From Octopus sinensis (lineage: Eukaryota): a DNA stretch of 29,960 nt. Shown piece after piece: positions 10,374-22,329 of this stretch. Under the pieces are notes generated by a model that was not told where the DNA came from, searched no databases, and saw only the letters and a list, made by a program, of their open reading frames with translations. A program made the translations under genes and the position numbers. Numbering within the stretch: position 1 is the stretch's first letter; every line of letters starts with the position of its first letter. The DNA lies in contig NW_021832684.1 of NCBI RefSeq assembly GCF_006345805.1, positions 1 to 29,960 on the forward strand, read 5' to 3'.

Positions 10374-10710
10374 AGATCGACCCCAGTGCGTAAATGGTAC
10401 TTACTTTATCAACCCCGAAAGGATGAAATGCAAAGTCACCTCGGCAGAATTTGAACTCAGAACGTAAAGACAGACGAAATACCTATTTCTTTACTACCCA
10501 CAAGGAGCTAAACACAGAGGGGACAAACAAGGACAGAAAACGGATTAAGTCGATTATATCGACCCCAGTGCGTAACTGGTACTTATTTAATCAACCACGA
10601 AAGGATGAAAAGCAAAGTCGACCTCAGCGGAATTTGAACTCAGAACGTAACGGCAGACGAAATACCGCTAAGCCTTTCGCCCGACGTGCTAACGTTTCTG
10701 CCAGCTCGCA
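10374..10710 (-). mobile_element. tRNA-derived SINE family B, partial dimer (Meta-domain-like core)
   Basis: Minus strand: GCGAGCTGGCAGAAACGTTAGC head, B-box GAGTTCAAATTCC, GAGGTCGACTTTGCTTTTCATCCTTTCG..GATTAAATAAGTACCAG (resembles the recalled MetaSINE domain), then a second truncated unit 10491-10374; (AAT)n on both sides. Confidence 0.9.
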
Positions 10711-10739
10711 ATAATAATAATAATAATAATAATATAATA

Positions 10740-11300
10740 AATGCCCTGATGCAGTACCAGGCTGTGGCTCTCATGGCTTCTGATCTTAACAGATTGGAAG
10801 TGTTATCATGTACATTGTTTTGTCTTGGTATAAAAGATGGGCTACAGCAAATATTCTACTCAATACCACAGATTTGCTTGTCAATTGTTTGACCGTAACC
10901 AGTTGAGCATGTCCCTTAGTGGCTGACGATATGTACATCTCTGATCACGAGCTGAAGTAGTGGGGGGGGGGGGATCATGGCCATGTGTTGAGAGGGATTC
11001 TTTGGGGTTTCAATAATTCACCTCTGGAAACATGGGTGGTTCGTTCAACATCCTTAAACAGACCTTATTCAGGGACCTTTTGAGTGGGGTGGGCTACTCG
11101 ACCTGAAGAAAATTCTAACTGGGCCCCACCTGCAAAGTTATGCGCTGTTAATCTTGATATCAAATCACCATGTCGCGCACATATGGTTGTAATGCATGTG
11201 CCTAGTGTACCCTTATCAGACGGGTAGTCATGATGGGTATATTGGGCTTCGTATATTTTACCCCAGTGTCACTTTGATGGCATGCACTGCTCTCTCACTC
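10740..11300. repeat. Unclassified ~560-bp interspersed repeat between (AAT)n tracts
   Basis: Sharp (AAT)n borders and higher GC than flanks; recalled as a high-copy octopus repeat, but only one copy in this window. Confidence 0.5.
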
Positions 11301-11321
11301 AATAATAATAATGATAATAAT

Positions 11322-11690
11322 TCTGCTGTAAGCACAAGGCCTGGAATTGAGTGGGAGGGAGTTAATTGATTATATTGATATCAATATTCAGACTGGTTTT
11401 TATTTTATCCACCCACGAGGGATGAATGGTAAACTTGACGTCGGTCGGATTTGAACTCAAGAGCTAGAAGAAATACTATAAAGCATTTTATCCGATGTTC
11501 TAACGATTCTGCCAGCTCGTTGCTTTACATAATTTCTGATTTTGGTACAAGGCCAGCAATTTCGAGGGGAGAGTATTGATCGATGCCACTAATCTCAGTA
11601 CTTAACAGGTCTTTTATTTATAGACTCTCAAAATATAAGAACAAATATCGCAAAGTCTTTTGTCTAACACTCTAACGATTTTGCTCAATT
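11322..11690 (-). mobile_element. Two tandem degraded SINE B copies (11322-11520, 11532-11690)
   Basis: CACAAGGCC...GGATGAA...GGATTTGAACTC...CTAACGATTCTGCCAGCTCG; second copy TACAAGGCCAGCAATTT...CTCTAACGATT. Confidence 0.75.
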
Positions 11691-12175
11691 CTACTGTTCT
11701 ACAAGGTCAACGGATAAAGGGACATTCCAACGATAAATTATATACCCAGTGGAGATTTACATAAAGATCGATCATGTCACCCTTGTTTCCATCCTTCATT
11801 GAAGCATCACCACTTGCAAGATGGAAATGCTGACAAGATGGAATATTCCTAATTTGCAATCGACGTCTGCTAAGAGAGGGGTGAACAAGTTTGGCTTATA
11901 TTAATAAAGTGCTGACTACCCAAAGCGTCGTTACTGTTTGCGCCTTTCCTAATTCCACCCTTGTGTCAGGTCCCTGTTCTTGTCAATTGTGGGATGGCCA
12001 TCTCGCAATTTGTGTAAATATTGCTAATGTATGCTGGGGTGGGGAGGTTATGCTCGACCGTAGTATGTGACTGGTATTACAATGAAAATTATTCCTGGCG
12101 AAATCTGAACTTCAAACATAAAGGGGTGTAAGTAAGTACTACAAGGCACTTCTATTCTTTCGGTCACTCCACTCC

Positions 12176-12289
12176 TAATAATAATAATAATGATAGTGAG
12201 CGAGAGAGAGAGAGAGAGAGACAGACAGACTGACAGACAGACAGACAGGTAGGTAGGTAGGTAGGTAGGTAGGTAGGTAAGTAGGTAGG

Positions 12290-12359
<70 letters not shown>

Positions 12360-12360
12360 C
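12176..12360. repeat. Compound microsatellite (AAT)/(GA)/(GACA)/(GGTA)/(GATA)
   Basis: Direct reading. Confidence 0.97.
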
Positions 12361-13179
12361 TACCATACATACAAGAAGTCCGTAGATATTAACTGCTATG
12401 GATAGGTAAGCTTCTAAAGAGCCGAGGGATAAAAAACGCCTAAATCTTAAATTCTAAAATCTTAAAAAACTTACGAAAAGTGTGTAAAGACGGAAATATC
12501 TTTTACCGTTGTGCTGCCAGTAAATACAACTAGAATAACAACTTGCAACGACAATTATAGAATTAGCTGTAAATTCGGTTAGCAGTATACGACCCAGAAT
12601 TCTATGTAAAGTGCCACATGTCTTGTATTGCATTTTAAATTTGTACACCAATTTCACAAGTAGGGAATTTTAAAATCCGATTTGACAATCCGAAAGGAGT
12701 TGTCGCAATATTCCAAAACAATTAAATGCCTTTTGCAATCCACCAATCCATTGTTGCAGCCTGACAAGACACGATATTTGATTAGGTTTCAAGAATTACA
12801 ATTTAGGAATACTGTTTTCAATGAGGAACGAAATGCATTAAAAAATGTCTGATTTGAAAAGTAATTCGTATTGGCAGCTTAAGGACATCGACCGTACAGA
12901 ACACTAATTTAGAAGTAAAAACGAGTTTAATTAATGCTACAATCCGAAATATAGTAAACAAGAGAGAAACTGTTCATTAAGTGACTGCTGTATGTTTTGT
13001 AGTTTTCCCAGATCAAGTTAATAATGGAAGTAAACCTGTTTATTAATAGCGCTCCACCCGCGACAAACAACTTTCAGTTTAGCAGGATAATAAATAGTTC
13101 GCATCGTTTAATAATTAACACACGGAATATTAATTTTTAATTTGAATTTTGCTGGTGAAATATATCAATGCATATGTAT

Positions 13180-13675
13180 AAATGTGTGGGAAGAGTGCAA
13201 TTGTGTGTGTATATGTATGTATGTATGTATTGTATGTAGCTATTATGTATGTATATATTGTACGTATGTATATGTATATATTGCATGTATGTATGTTTGT
13301 ATGTATGTATTATGTATGTATATGTATATATTGTACGTATGTATATATTGTATGTATGGTATGTATGGTATGTATGTGTGTGTGCATGTATGTATGCATG
13401 TATATATGTATGTATTGTATGTTTGTATGTATCTGTTATGCATGTATATATTGTACGTATGTATATATTGTATGTATGTATATATATATGTATGTATGTA
13501 TTGTATATATGTATGTATATATGTATGTATGTATGTATTGTATGTTTGTATGTATTATGTATATGTAGGTATATACTGTACGTATGTATATATTGTACGT
13601 ACGTATGTATGTATGTATGTATGTACGTATGTATGTATGTATGTATGTATGTATGTATGTATGTATGTATGTATA
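13180..13675. repeat. (TATG)n-based array with recurrent TATATTGTACGTATG subunits
   Basis: Direct reading. Confidence 0.95.
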
Positions 13676-14278
13676 CAGGGTGGTCCAAAGATGCATATGC
13701 ACATTGGATGATTCCAAAGTCAGTGCTTACAACAATATTTCTCGTTTCCAAAATTTCATTGAATCAGCTCACAGAATCTTTCTTTTTTATAGAAACGTCT
13801 GTTTTCAAATCGATGGTCGTTCTGTTCCAGGCTGGTTTCTTTTGGTATTTGTGCGCTTTCTTATTCAATATGCTCTCCTAAATTCTTCAACTATTGCCGG
13901 TTTAGGACCCAAAACTTGAACGTCTAAGTACCCCCCCCCCTCGAAAAAGTCTGATGGATGCAAAAGTCATTCTAAATAAACCTCTTTGTTCAACCCATCT
14001 GTTTGGCAAAATCTCGCCAAAGTAGACTCTTACTACAATCACAATAGTAATGTATGGGAGCCCCATTTTGCAGAAATATGGCTTCACATCTTCGAAGTCA
14101 TCTTGAATGTTTGACATGAGAGATTATCACAGCAAGTTTAACTAAATGTGATCAGTCACTGTACCGTCAAAAGAAGAATGGTCCAGGTAATCCTTTTTAT
14201 GATAAGCCTCACCGTTCTGTTACTCCTGGTGAATTCACATGATGTTCCCTCTTAATAAGTGTTCCTTCATAATAAACG
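13676..14278 (-). mobile_element. Tc1/mariner (rosa/DD41D-like) transposon remnant with one TIR
   Basis: TA|CAGGGTGGTCCA end (13674-75|13676); minus-strand frameshifted peptides HVNSPGV..GLS.KGLPGPFFF, VRVYFGEILPNRW, HPSDFF..GYL..KPAIVEE, AQIPKET match recalled rosa motifs VNLPGV/GLIGPFFF/NRWIGR/PLDFFLWGYLK. Confidence 0.75.
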
Positions 14279-14829
14279 GTGGTGGTGGTGGTGGTGGTGG
14301 TGATGGGTGATAATGCGGGGATGGAAAGAATTCGTAGTAAACTACTGGACATAAAACATTGTGAGACGTGACAAAATGCATTGAACATAACTACTTCCAC
14401 GCTGTGTAGAATATACAGGTGTTTCATCACAGCCGCTGCTGATGCATGTACAGACGTTCATTCATACATTGATACTTTTGATAGTTTTCCCATTCTTTAA
14501 AATAGCAATCACAACAACCATTTCTTCTTTCCCTGCAGTGTAAAACCTTTCATATTTTCTCTGTCGAATCTTCAATTTTTCGCTGGCGATGTCAAGTCTC
14601 TAAAATTATTTGAGTTCTTCATGGAGAGTTACAGATATTGATAAATAGATTTCGTTGGGACCACTGGTCCTTCTCAGTTAAAACCCCTACTCTGGAGCTT
14701 TTAGTTTAGTCTTCGTTTAGTTGCATTGATCCCACAAGATTATCGGGGTTTGTGGGGCGTCACTTGAAGGGCTTTGGTCTCTTCTTTATAAGCTTAACCC
14801 ACTGCATGCCGGTTACAGAACAGTAGTCA

Positions 14830-14985
14830 AATATACCCCAATATTTCACTGTCGATTTACTTTATCGACCTCGGAAGGTCGATGGCTAGTCCCAATGGGA
14901 TTTCAAAACAGGAAATAAAGGGCGGAACAAATATTGCGAGGCATTTTGTTGGACACTCTAACAACACCTCAATCTGCCGGTCTTA
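14830..14985 (-). mobile_element. Highly degraded SINE B
   Basis: TTTATCGACCTCGGAAGG...GGATTTCAAAACAG...GCATTTTGTTGGACACTCTAAC. Confidence 0.6.
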
Positions 14986-17900
14986 AAATATTAACTAATT
15001 AATCATGTCTGTGTTGTTGTTGTTGTTGCTATTGTTGCTATTGTTCTTGTTAACAACAATCGTGATGTTCTTTCTATTACTGACTCAGTTTTTTTCTTTT
15101 AGTGGTGTTGTTGTTGCTGTAATAAACAGTTCCGAATCAACATTTTACGTAAAGAGGTCGCTGAATGCCACTTGTGAAACTCTGCAGTAAAAGCCGTGTT
15201 GTGATAATGCGGATGTTTTGCTGATTATAATGGCTCCATAAACGTCTTCTTTAAAGGAATTGAAAGCATGTTAAGTTACCGCCATGTGCTTGCCTTGTTT
15301 TCGACAGCAGTTGCTTTGTTGGCAATGGAAATCAAGGAAAGCTCAAGAAAGAAAAAAAATAATGAAAACAAATTGGTTTCTCGATTATTGCAGTTAAGGA
15401 TGATATATCTATATAAGTAGATAATTTTGTTGCTATCTTAGTTTTTCTAGTTTAATTTCTTTGTTGATGAAAGTATTAAGACACGTCGGCAACGATATTG
15501 TGCGTAAAAGGATAAATGTTAGATAAAAATGCAAACAGTTGCCTCCTATTGCGTTATATGATCCTCGGATGGCAATATTCTACAGAGAATCTTTGCTGAA
15601 ACACATTGTAACTTGTGCAGTGTTTGCAGTGTTCGCTACTTCATTGACATTAATGAGAGTTCTACAGAGCTCTTAATGTCTTACCATAAAATAACTGGCA
15701 ATTACAAATGGTAAAAATAGAATGGGAAAGCAAAAAGGATATAAGCTATTTAACATACAATAGCAAATAACTCAGAGAATATAACAATTGGTTTGGAAAT
15801 TATGTGTACAGATAATAGTTTCGTAAATAAGAGATTAGGGCACCGGATTCTCCAATATATCAGAATTAAATAAATAATATCGAAGCCTGTTCTGTTTATC
15901 TATTTGTTGGGTTTTTTTTTAATTTTGTGTGAATTTCTACTGCTGTAATAAACTTATTCTATACACTTGATGTAGTCAACATATACACTTGTTTCTTTGT
16001 GGGAGAAGGATATGAAGGAGTTTAGCTAACTCTTTAGTTCGATTGTTGTGATCTGAGAAAAACAGCCAAAGAGAAAATTGTCCTCGGGAGTGGTACTGGT
16101 GCATTGTTCTGTATGTTTGCAGGTCTTCTTAGACAATTGAGATTGGTCGGTGTTCCGTGTAGAATATCTATAAGTCAGGTATCTGAAAAGAACAAAAGAG
16201 GGAGTCCTAGAGAGGTAGGGTAAAATCCAGTTGTCATGTCTAACATTGAGTAGGTCGAAGTTATCAATAGCCAAGTTAAAATTAGTGAAAGGCAGAGAAT
16301 GTCATGTCTCTGATATATCTGGTTTGATGGAAGTTATGGGCGGAAGCTTACGCTAATGAAGAAACTGTTTAAATTGTGAGAAAGATGAGACACCAAGCAG
16401 AAAGTAGAGAATAAAGGTAGAAGAAAGGAGTAGGTATGGGGGATGGAGGAGAGATAAAGTAAGTGCCACAGTGGAAAGGGGATTTGCTTACCGACAATTT
16501 AAACTTAAAACTGATACAGTTGGATATGAAGATTACAAATCTTCTTGACATTGCTTTATCGTCTGGCTCCCTTTTATCGCTTCCCTATTTGCAAAATACT
16601 GTAGAACTCTCTTCAGTCGCATCTCTCCCTTCAAATACTGTAAAACTGCTAAACGAGACATTTTTCTTTTCATTATAAATAGTCAAGCTAGTGGTGAGTC
16701 GATGCAGTCAACTCTTGAGTAACAAATTCGTGTTTCTTTCCTTGGGCAACTTCTAAATTGGCTGGATTATCTACTTCTTCGTTTTGCTTCGCTGTAGGAT
16801 TAGATATCGAATATATGCGGGAAGCTGCCTAAAACGGACTAGCGTCCTGGCCGGGGTGAAATTCGCCTATCATCTGCTTAAGACTGTGGAAAATGAAATT
16901 AATCAACAAATTTATGGAGTTAAGTAGTTTGTGAAACAATGTAGTTAACACCTGTACTATATTAAAGAGAAGGGTTTATATAAATAAAGGAAACATCAAT
17001 ATTCGAACCCGAACATTTTGGGAGTGTTCTTATGAATGAGTTGAGCGCCGTTGCTTTTATTAATTGCTATTTCGTTGGTAATTTAAAGACAATGTCACCG
17101 CTATTGTAATCTTAATAAGTAGTTGGTCATTCGGTCCACATATGTTAACTTTATTAATCTGTTGAAGTATCTCCCTTAAATAGCGTATACCCAGTCACAC
17201 GTGACCCAAGACACGCAGTAAATGTTTGCACTCAACACGATATCTAAATCAACAAACAATTTGCCTCTTTCTTTTTCTTTTCTTTTTCTAAATTAACTTT
17301 TAATTATAATTTAATGGATACTGTCTCTAGGCTGGTAGGTCTTCATTATGGCTTCATAGATTTCAGCAGTGAAGAGCAAACCAAACAACAATCTTTTAAA
17401 CGACCACGGCTAACGGGCGGACAATTCACTGCAAGTTGTCATTAAGTAAAATCGATAACGCCAACATCTTTAGCCAAGCAATCCTCACAAAACCGCCATG
17501 TTTGAAGCAGATGAAGAATGAACAATGACAAACAATGGAACAAATATGGTATGTAATCAATAGCAGGGAAGAGTATCTACAGCTCCATGCCAGACGACAT
17601 AACTAGCGACTTCCATCGTTTAGGCTCTTCCTATTCATTCCGTTTCTATGTTGTATATTTATAATATTATCACCTTTTAAATCACCGACAGTCTTATTTA
17701 TTTGCTATAACATTGTCAATGTTATCACGGATGATGTCAGTATTGTTGTTGTTGCTGTTGCTGATGATGATGATGATGATGCTGTTTGTTATCGTTGTTT
17801 TTTCACAATTATTTTACTCCATTTTATTTTCGTTTTTCATTCATTTTTGTTTGTTTCTTCCTTTTCTGGTTTTGGGTTTTTTCCATTTTTTTAAATATTT

Positions 17901-18577
17901 TTTTTATTTTATTTTTCTTCCTTTCTATAATTTGTTTCACACATTCTCTTCTTCTTCTTCTTCTTCTTCTCCGATTTGTCAGTCTCCTTCTCCTCGCTTT
18001 TTGTTTCATGTAATGAGAGGAAAACGATAATCGCTTGTTTATTCCCGGCAAATAAGAAAAGCAAACAACCAATGTGTTCCTGCGTTTGTATAAACACAGA
18101 GAACATCTCTGGATGAATGGAGCCTGAGGGGAGAGGATGATATAAAGAGGGGAAAGAGGGAGGCATTGGAAGGATAAAATAGACGCGGTGGGAGGAGAAA
18201 TAAGAGTGATGGGGAGAGAGAGAGCTGTGAGAGGAAGGTGCACCTTTGTGTAAACTATCATTGTTGCCATTGTTCAGGCTTTCTCAATGTGTCTGTGTGT
18301 TTGTATGTCTTTGTGTATGTGGGTGAGATGTTTGTATTTTGGTATATGTGCTGTATTTGGATGCGTGTGTATGTGTGCGTGTGTGTGTGTGTGTGTGTAT
18401 GTAGTGTGTGTGTGTGTGTGTGTGTGTGTCTGTATTAATATTAGGTTGTTGAGTTTGTTAACACATTAACGACTGATAATATAATTTTTCTGAACCGGAA
18501 ATAGCATTAGCTACACACACACACACACACACTTGGGTTTGTATGTATAAACATATTAGTTTGTATATATGCCCGAA

Positions 18578-18589
18578 ATAATAATAATA

Positions 18590-18625
<36 letters not shown>

Positions 18626-18738
18626 GGAAATGTACTTGCATAGCAAGTGACCTGATCTGAGATCGTGTGCTGGAACGAAAACAATTGCAGTGTGGAAGGT
18701 GTTTACAAGCCATTTAAGAAACACACAAAACATAATAA

Positions 18739-18769
<31 letters not shown>

Positions 18770-19127
18770 AATAATCCTTTCTTCTAAAGGTACAAAGGTT
18801 AGGATTTTGTGAGGAGGAGGTAGTTGATTACATCGACCTCAGTGGTTAACTGATCCCGAAGCATGATAGTAAGAGTCGACCTATGCAGAATTTGAACTTA
18901 GAACGTAAAGTTGGAAAAAATCCTGCAAAGCATTCTGTCCTACGTGCTAATAATAATAATAATAATAACCTTTTCTACCATAGACACAAGGCCTGATATT
19001 TTGGGGAGAGGGAGCAAGTTGATTACATCCACCCCAAAAAGAATGAAATGTAAAGTCAACCCTGGCAGTATTTGAACTCAAAATATAAAGACTGACAGAA
19101 TGCCGCTAAGCATTTTGTCCGGCTTGC

Positions 19128-19170
<43 letters not shown>
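18578..19170 (-). mobile_element. Chain of (AAT)n tracts and two SINE B copies (18777-18948, 18969-19128)
   Basis: Each copy carries GATTACATC.ACC...GAATTTGAACT...GCATT.TGTCC...GCTAA and is bounded by (AAT)n. Confidence 0.85.
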
Positions 19171-19185
19171 CGAAATCGAAATCGA

Positions 19186-19436
19186 AATGGAATGATGTTT
19201 CATCAGGACAATGCGCGACCCCACACTGCAAAGATCACATCACAGAAGATCGAAGAGCTTGGTTGGGAAGAAATTCCTCATCCACCTTATTCTCCCGACC
19301 TTGCTCCTTCAGACTACCATTTGTTTCGTAGTTTACAGAATCATTTGGGGGACATAACTTTCGCAAGCCAGGAGGAGGAGGTCGAAACTGACATTTCAGA
19401 GTTATTCGCTTTGAAACCAAAAGAGTTTTACATTGA
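19186..19436 (+). pseudogene. Mariner DD34D transposase C-terminal fragment
   Basis: FHQDNARPH...[23 protein letters not shown], 34 residues between D2 and D3; no TIRs; truncated by SINE B at 19437. Confidence 0.93.
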
Positions 19437-19617
19437 TGTACAAGTCCCGAAATTTTGCGGGAGGGGACCAGTCGATTAGATCGACCCCAGTACACAACTG
19501 GTACTTTATTTATCGACCCCGGAAGGCTGAAAGGCAAGGTCGACCTTAGTGGTATTTGAACTCAGCGAGAGAATCGCTGCTAATCATTTTTATCCAACGC
19601 TCTAACGATTCTGCAAT
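19437..19617 (-). mobile_element. SINE B copy
   Basis: GTCGATTAGATCGACCCCAG...TTTATCGACCCCGGAAGG...GTATTTGAACTCAG...CTCTAACGATTCTGC. Confidence 0.85.
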
Positions 19618-19879
19618 AATAAGAAAAGAAAGGGAGATGGATTTTTACAGAACAAACGTAAGAAGCTGGAGATAATAGAATGCAGTTTCCATCAATTAAA
19701 GAAGACAATGTTTGGAGAAACCAACAATAAGCCCTCGTTATTATTTAGCCTCGGGTCAGCCTTGATCCAGTTGGCCAATATTCTAGCCATGACAATCCCC
19801 TCTATTTAGTATTTAGGCGGATTAGGCAATGTTTTTTTTTTTTTCTAAGACGTTGGAAGCGTGAGAGAAACATGGTTGC

Positions 19880-20070
19880 CTGTTTTGAACATCTTGCGCA
19901 ATCGCGTGGAAGTTCGTTCGCTTACTCGACCGTGACGCAGGCTTCGTCACACGGAAGTTGCTGAACTGTGACGACAGAATCAGACTTTGTGTGTGTGTGC
20001 GTGTGTGTGTGTGTGTGTATGTGTGTGTGTGTATGTGTGTGTGTGCTTCCATGAGTTAGACAGGAAGTGA
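19880..20070. promoter_or_regulatory. CpG-rich island with bZIP/ETS-type motifs
   Basis: TTGCGCAAT 19894-19902, GTGACG 19932, CGTCAC 19945, CGGAAGT 19952, GTGACG 19968, CAGGAAGT 20061. Confidence 0.35.
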
Positions 20071-20100
20071 TGTATAGTTGTTTATGTAACACACACGTTA

Positions 20101-20158
<58 letters not shown>

Positions 20159-20256
20159 CATAATATAAATAATATATATATATATTATTTATGTTATTAT
20201 TTGATTGAACGCCACGCATCCATTTCCAAGTATATATATATATATATATATATATA

Positions 20257-20385
20257 CGGAGTTCAAATCCTAGTCTTCTTATTTCTTTACTGCGCACAAG
20301 GGACTAAACACAGAGGAGACAGATAAGGACAGACAAACGGATTAAGTCGATTATATCGACCCCCAATGCGTAACTGGTGCTTAAT
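20257..20385 (-). repeat. 129-bp near-identical duplicate of 21258-21386 (SINE B 3' part plus flank)
   Basis: Three mismatches by eye; offset 1001 bp. Confidence 0.92.
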
Positions 20386-20415
20386 CCTGGCATCATGTTT
20401 TTATTTTGATCATCA

Positions 20416-20425
20416 TATATATATA

Positions 20426-20504
<79 letters not shown>

Positions 20505-20650
20505 AATAGTGGTTCGGCAAAAGAGATCGATAGAACGGGTACCAGGCTTTTAAAAGACAAATAAGTATAGGGGTTGATTCCTTTGACTAAAAATTCTTCA
20601 ATGTGATGCCCCAACTTGGCCACAGTATAATGGCTGAAACAAGTAAATCA
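20416..20650 (+). mobile_element. (TA)n plus degraded SINE A 3' body
   Basis: GTGGTTCGGCAAAAGAGA...TGGCCACAG...CTGAAACAAGTAAA. Confidence 0.8.
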
Positions 20651-20689
20651 TAAATTATATGTGTGGCGGGGTGGGGCGTGTGTATAAGC

Positions 20690-20845
20690 ATAGAATGGTT
20701 GAATGATTAAGTAGATCGCTTCCAATCGTGATGCCGGGTTTAATCCCACAGCATGGTTTCTTGGGTACGTACCATTTTCTTTAGCCCCGAGTTGACCCAA
20801 ATCTAGTGAAGGAAATTGGCTTGGCGGAGACTGTGCAGAAGCCTT
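20690..20845 (+). mobile_element. Degraded SINE A-like head
   Basis: CCGGGTTTAATCCCACAGC..CTTGGGTA...GAGTTGACCCAAA...GCAGAAGCC is colinear with the SINE A head. Confidence 0.5.
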
Positions 20846-20847
20846 AG

Positions 20848-21100
20848 TCGTCCAGTATCATACTGCACGGGAATTTCATTAAGGATACACGAGTCTAGAA
20901 TATTCATCCGTTTATTTGCTAATTCAATGAACCTCGAATTTCCGTTAGTCGAAACAACAAATCCCTGGAAGATATAAACACGATTAGATTTGATGCTCTG
21001 ATAAACGGATCGGCTACTTCTTTCTCTGGGGTTGGTCAAATGACGTAAATACCGCTGATGAGATCCCAGTAAGGGTCGAAAATTGATTAAGACGGTTCTT
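20848..21100 (+). mobile_element. Possible Penelope-like element 3' remnant
   Basis: Peptide LRIHESRIFIRLFANSMN loosely resembles the GIY-YIG C-terminal E-S-x-x-I...N motif; followed by a hammerhead core. Confidence 0.35.
21047..21096 (+). ncRNA. Hammerhead-like motif with canonical core
   Basis: CTGATGA (21055-61), stem II GATCC-CAGTAA-GGGTC (5 bp incl. one G-U), GAAA (21078-81). Stems I and III are not cleanly resolved. Confidence 0.55.
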
Positions 21101-21280
21101 CATTTTTTCCTTTTTTCTCAATCTACAGAGAAATAATTAAATATGGCATGTTTGTATATCAACCAATTAGGTTTACATACACATACACACACACGCATCT
21201 AGGCCTAGAAATACCACTGTCATTAGTTGCTTTGCGTATTTGTTTCGTTTCTGTAGGCGGAATTCAAATCCTAGTCTTCT

Positions 21281-21502
21281 TATTTCTTTACTGCGCACAA
21301 GGGACTAAACACAGAGGAGACAAATAAGGACAGACAAACGGATTAAGTCGATTATATCGACCCCCAATGCGTAACTGGTACTTAATTTATCGACCCCGAA
21401 AGGATGAAAGGTAAAGTCGACCTCGGCGGAATTTGAACTCAGAACGTAGCGGCAGACGAAATACCGCTATTTCGCCCGGCGTGCTAACGTTTCTCGCCGC
21501 CT
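21281..21502 (-). mobile_element. Full-length SINE B with a 12-bp target-site duplication
   Basis: TCCTAGTCTTCT at 21269-21280 and 21503-21514; B-box GAGTTCAAATTCC on the minus strand. Confidence 0.93.
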
Positions 21503-22329
21503 TCCTAGTCTTCTGGCTCCATCTTCTCCAGTCAAAACTCAGACACAATGGAAATAGGGACATCGAACTGATATGCAAGTGTATTCATGTGTGTGTGGTT
21601 AATGCCCAATGCTTTGTCTCTTGGTGCTTATTTTCGGTATTGAAAGTTTCGCGTTATCGTTCTTTGGCATCATTCATATAAAGAGTTCTTTGTTACTATT
21701 CTAAGAAATGTCTAAGGCTGAGAGGACTTCATCTGAAAGATTTCAAAATCTTTGATGTGTTGATTATAATTTTGGTTTAAATAATCTCAATCAGAAATGT
21801 CTACGCTTTCTTCAATAACTTCCCAATGTTTATTAATGGTTATATATTCGACCCTTTAACCGTGAGATAAATATGAATTGAAAAAGAAAACCATGATAGA
21901 GAGGGATACTATAATATGCAGTAACAGATTGAGTTGGTGAGGCCCGAAGCCTAGGTGCCCTTCGTCAAGACGTTACTCTAGATGTAACAAAAATTAAATC
22001 ATATATGTCTTTGAGATATTTTGAGGCCCTTATGATTAGTGAGGCCCTAAGCAGTAATTTGTTTAGCTTTTATCTCAATCCGGGATCGATAATACACATT
22101 GATCGATTTAGATAATTTTTGATGATTTTTGTTCTAAAATTTTCATCTGCTGCACAACTACGACTCACAACATTGCACCTTGTGGTGACAAAACTAAAAT
22201 GCTCCAGCTTTCCTAACAGTTCTTTAAACATCTCTCAAAACAACTTGCCTAGTGTTATAGGTACGATTGTTAATCACAGTATCGACCAGATCGTCAGATG
22301 CTGTTATACACCGATAGTCACAATGCGCT

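Noticed and set aside
16026-16678. ORFs of 60-82 aa on both strands
   Set aside because: No motif, splice context or family similarity that I can support.
19192-19479. SETMAR or domesticated transposase gene
   Set aside because: Only a C-terminal fragment bounded by a microsatellite and a SINE; no SET domain or N-terminus.
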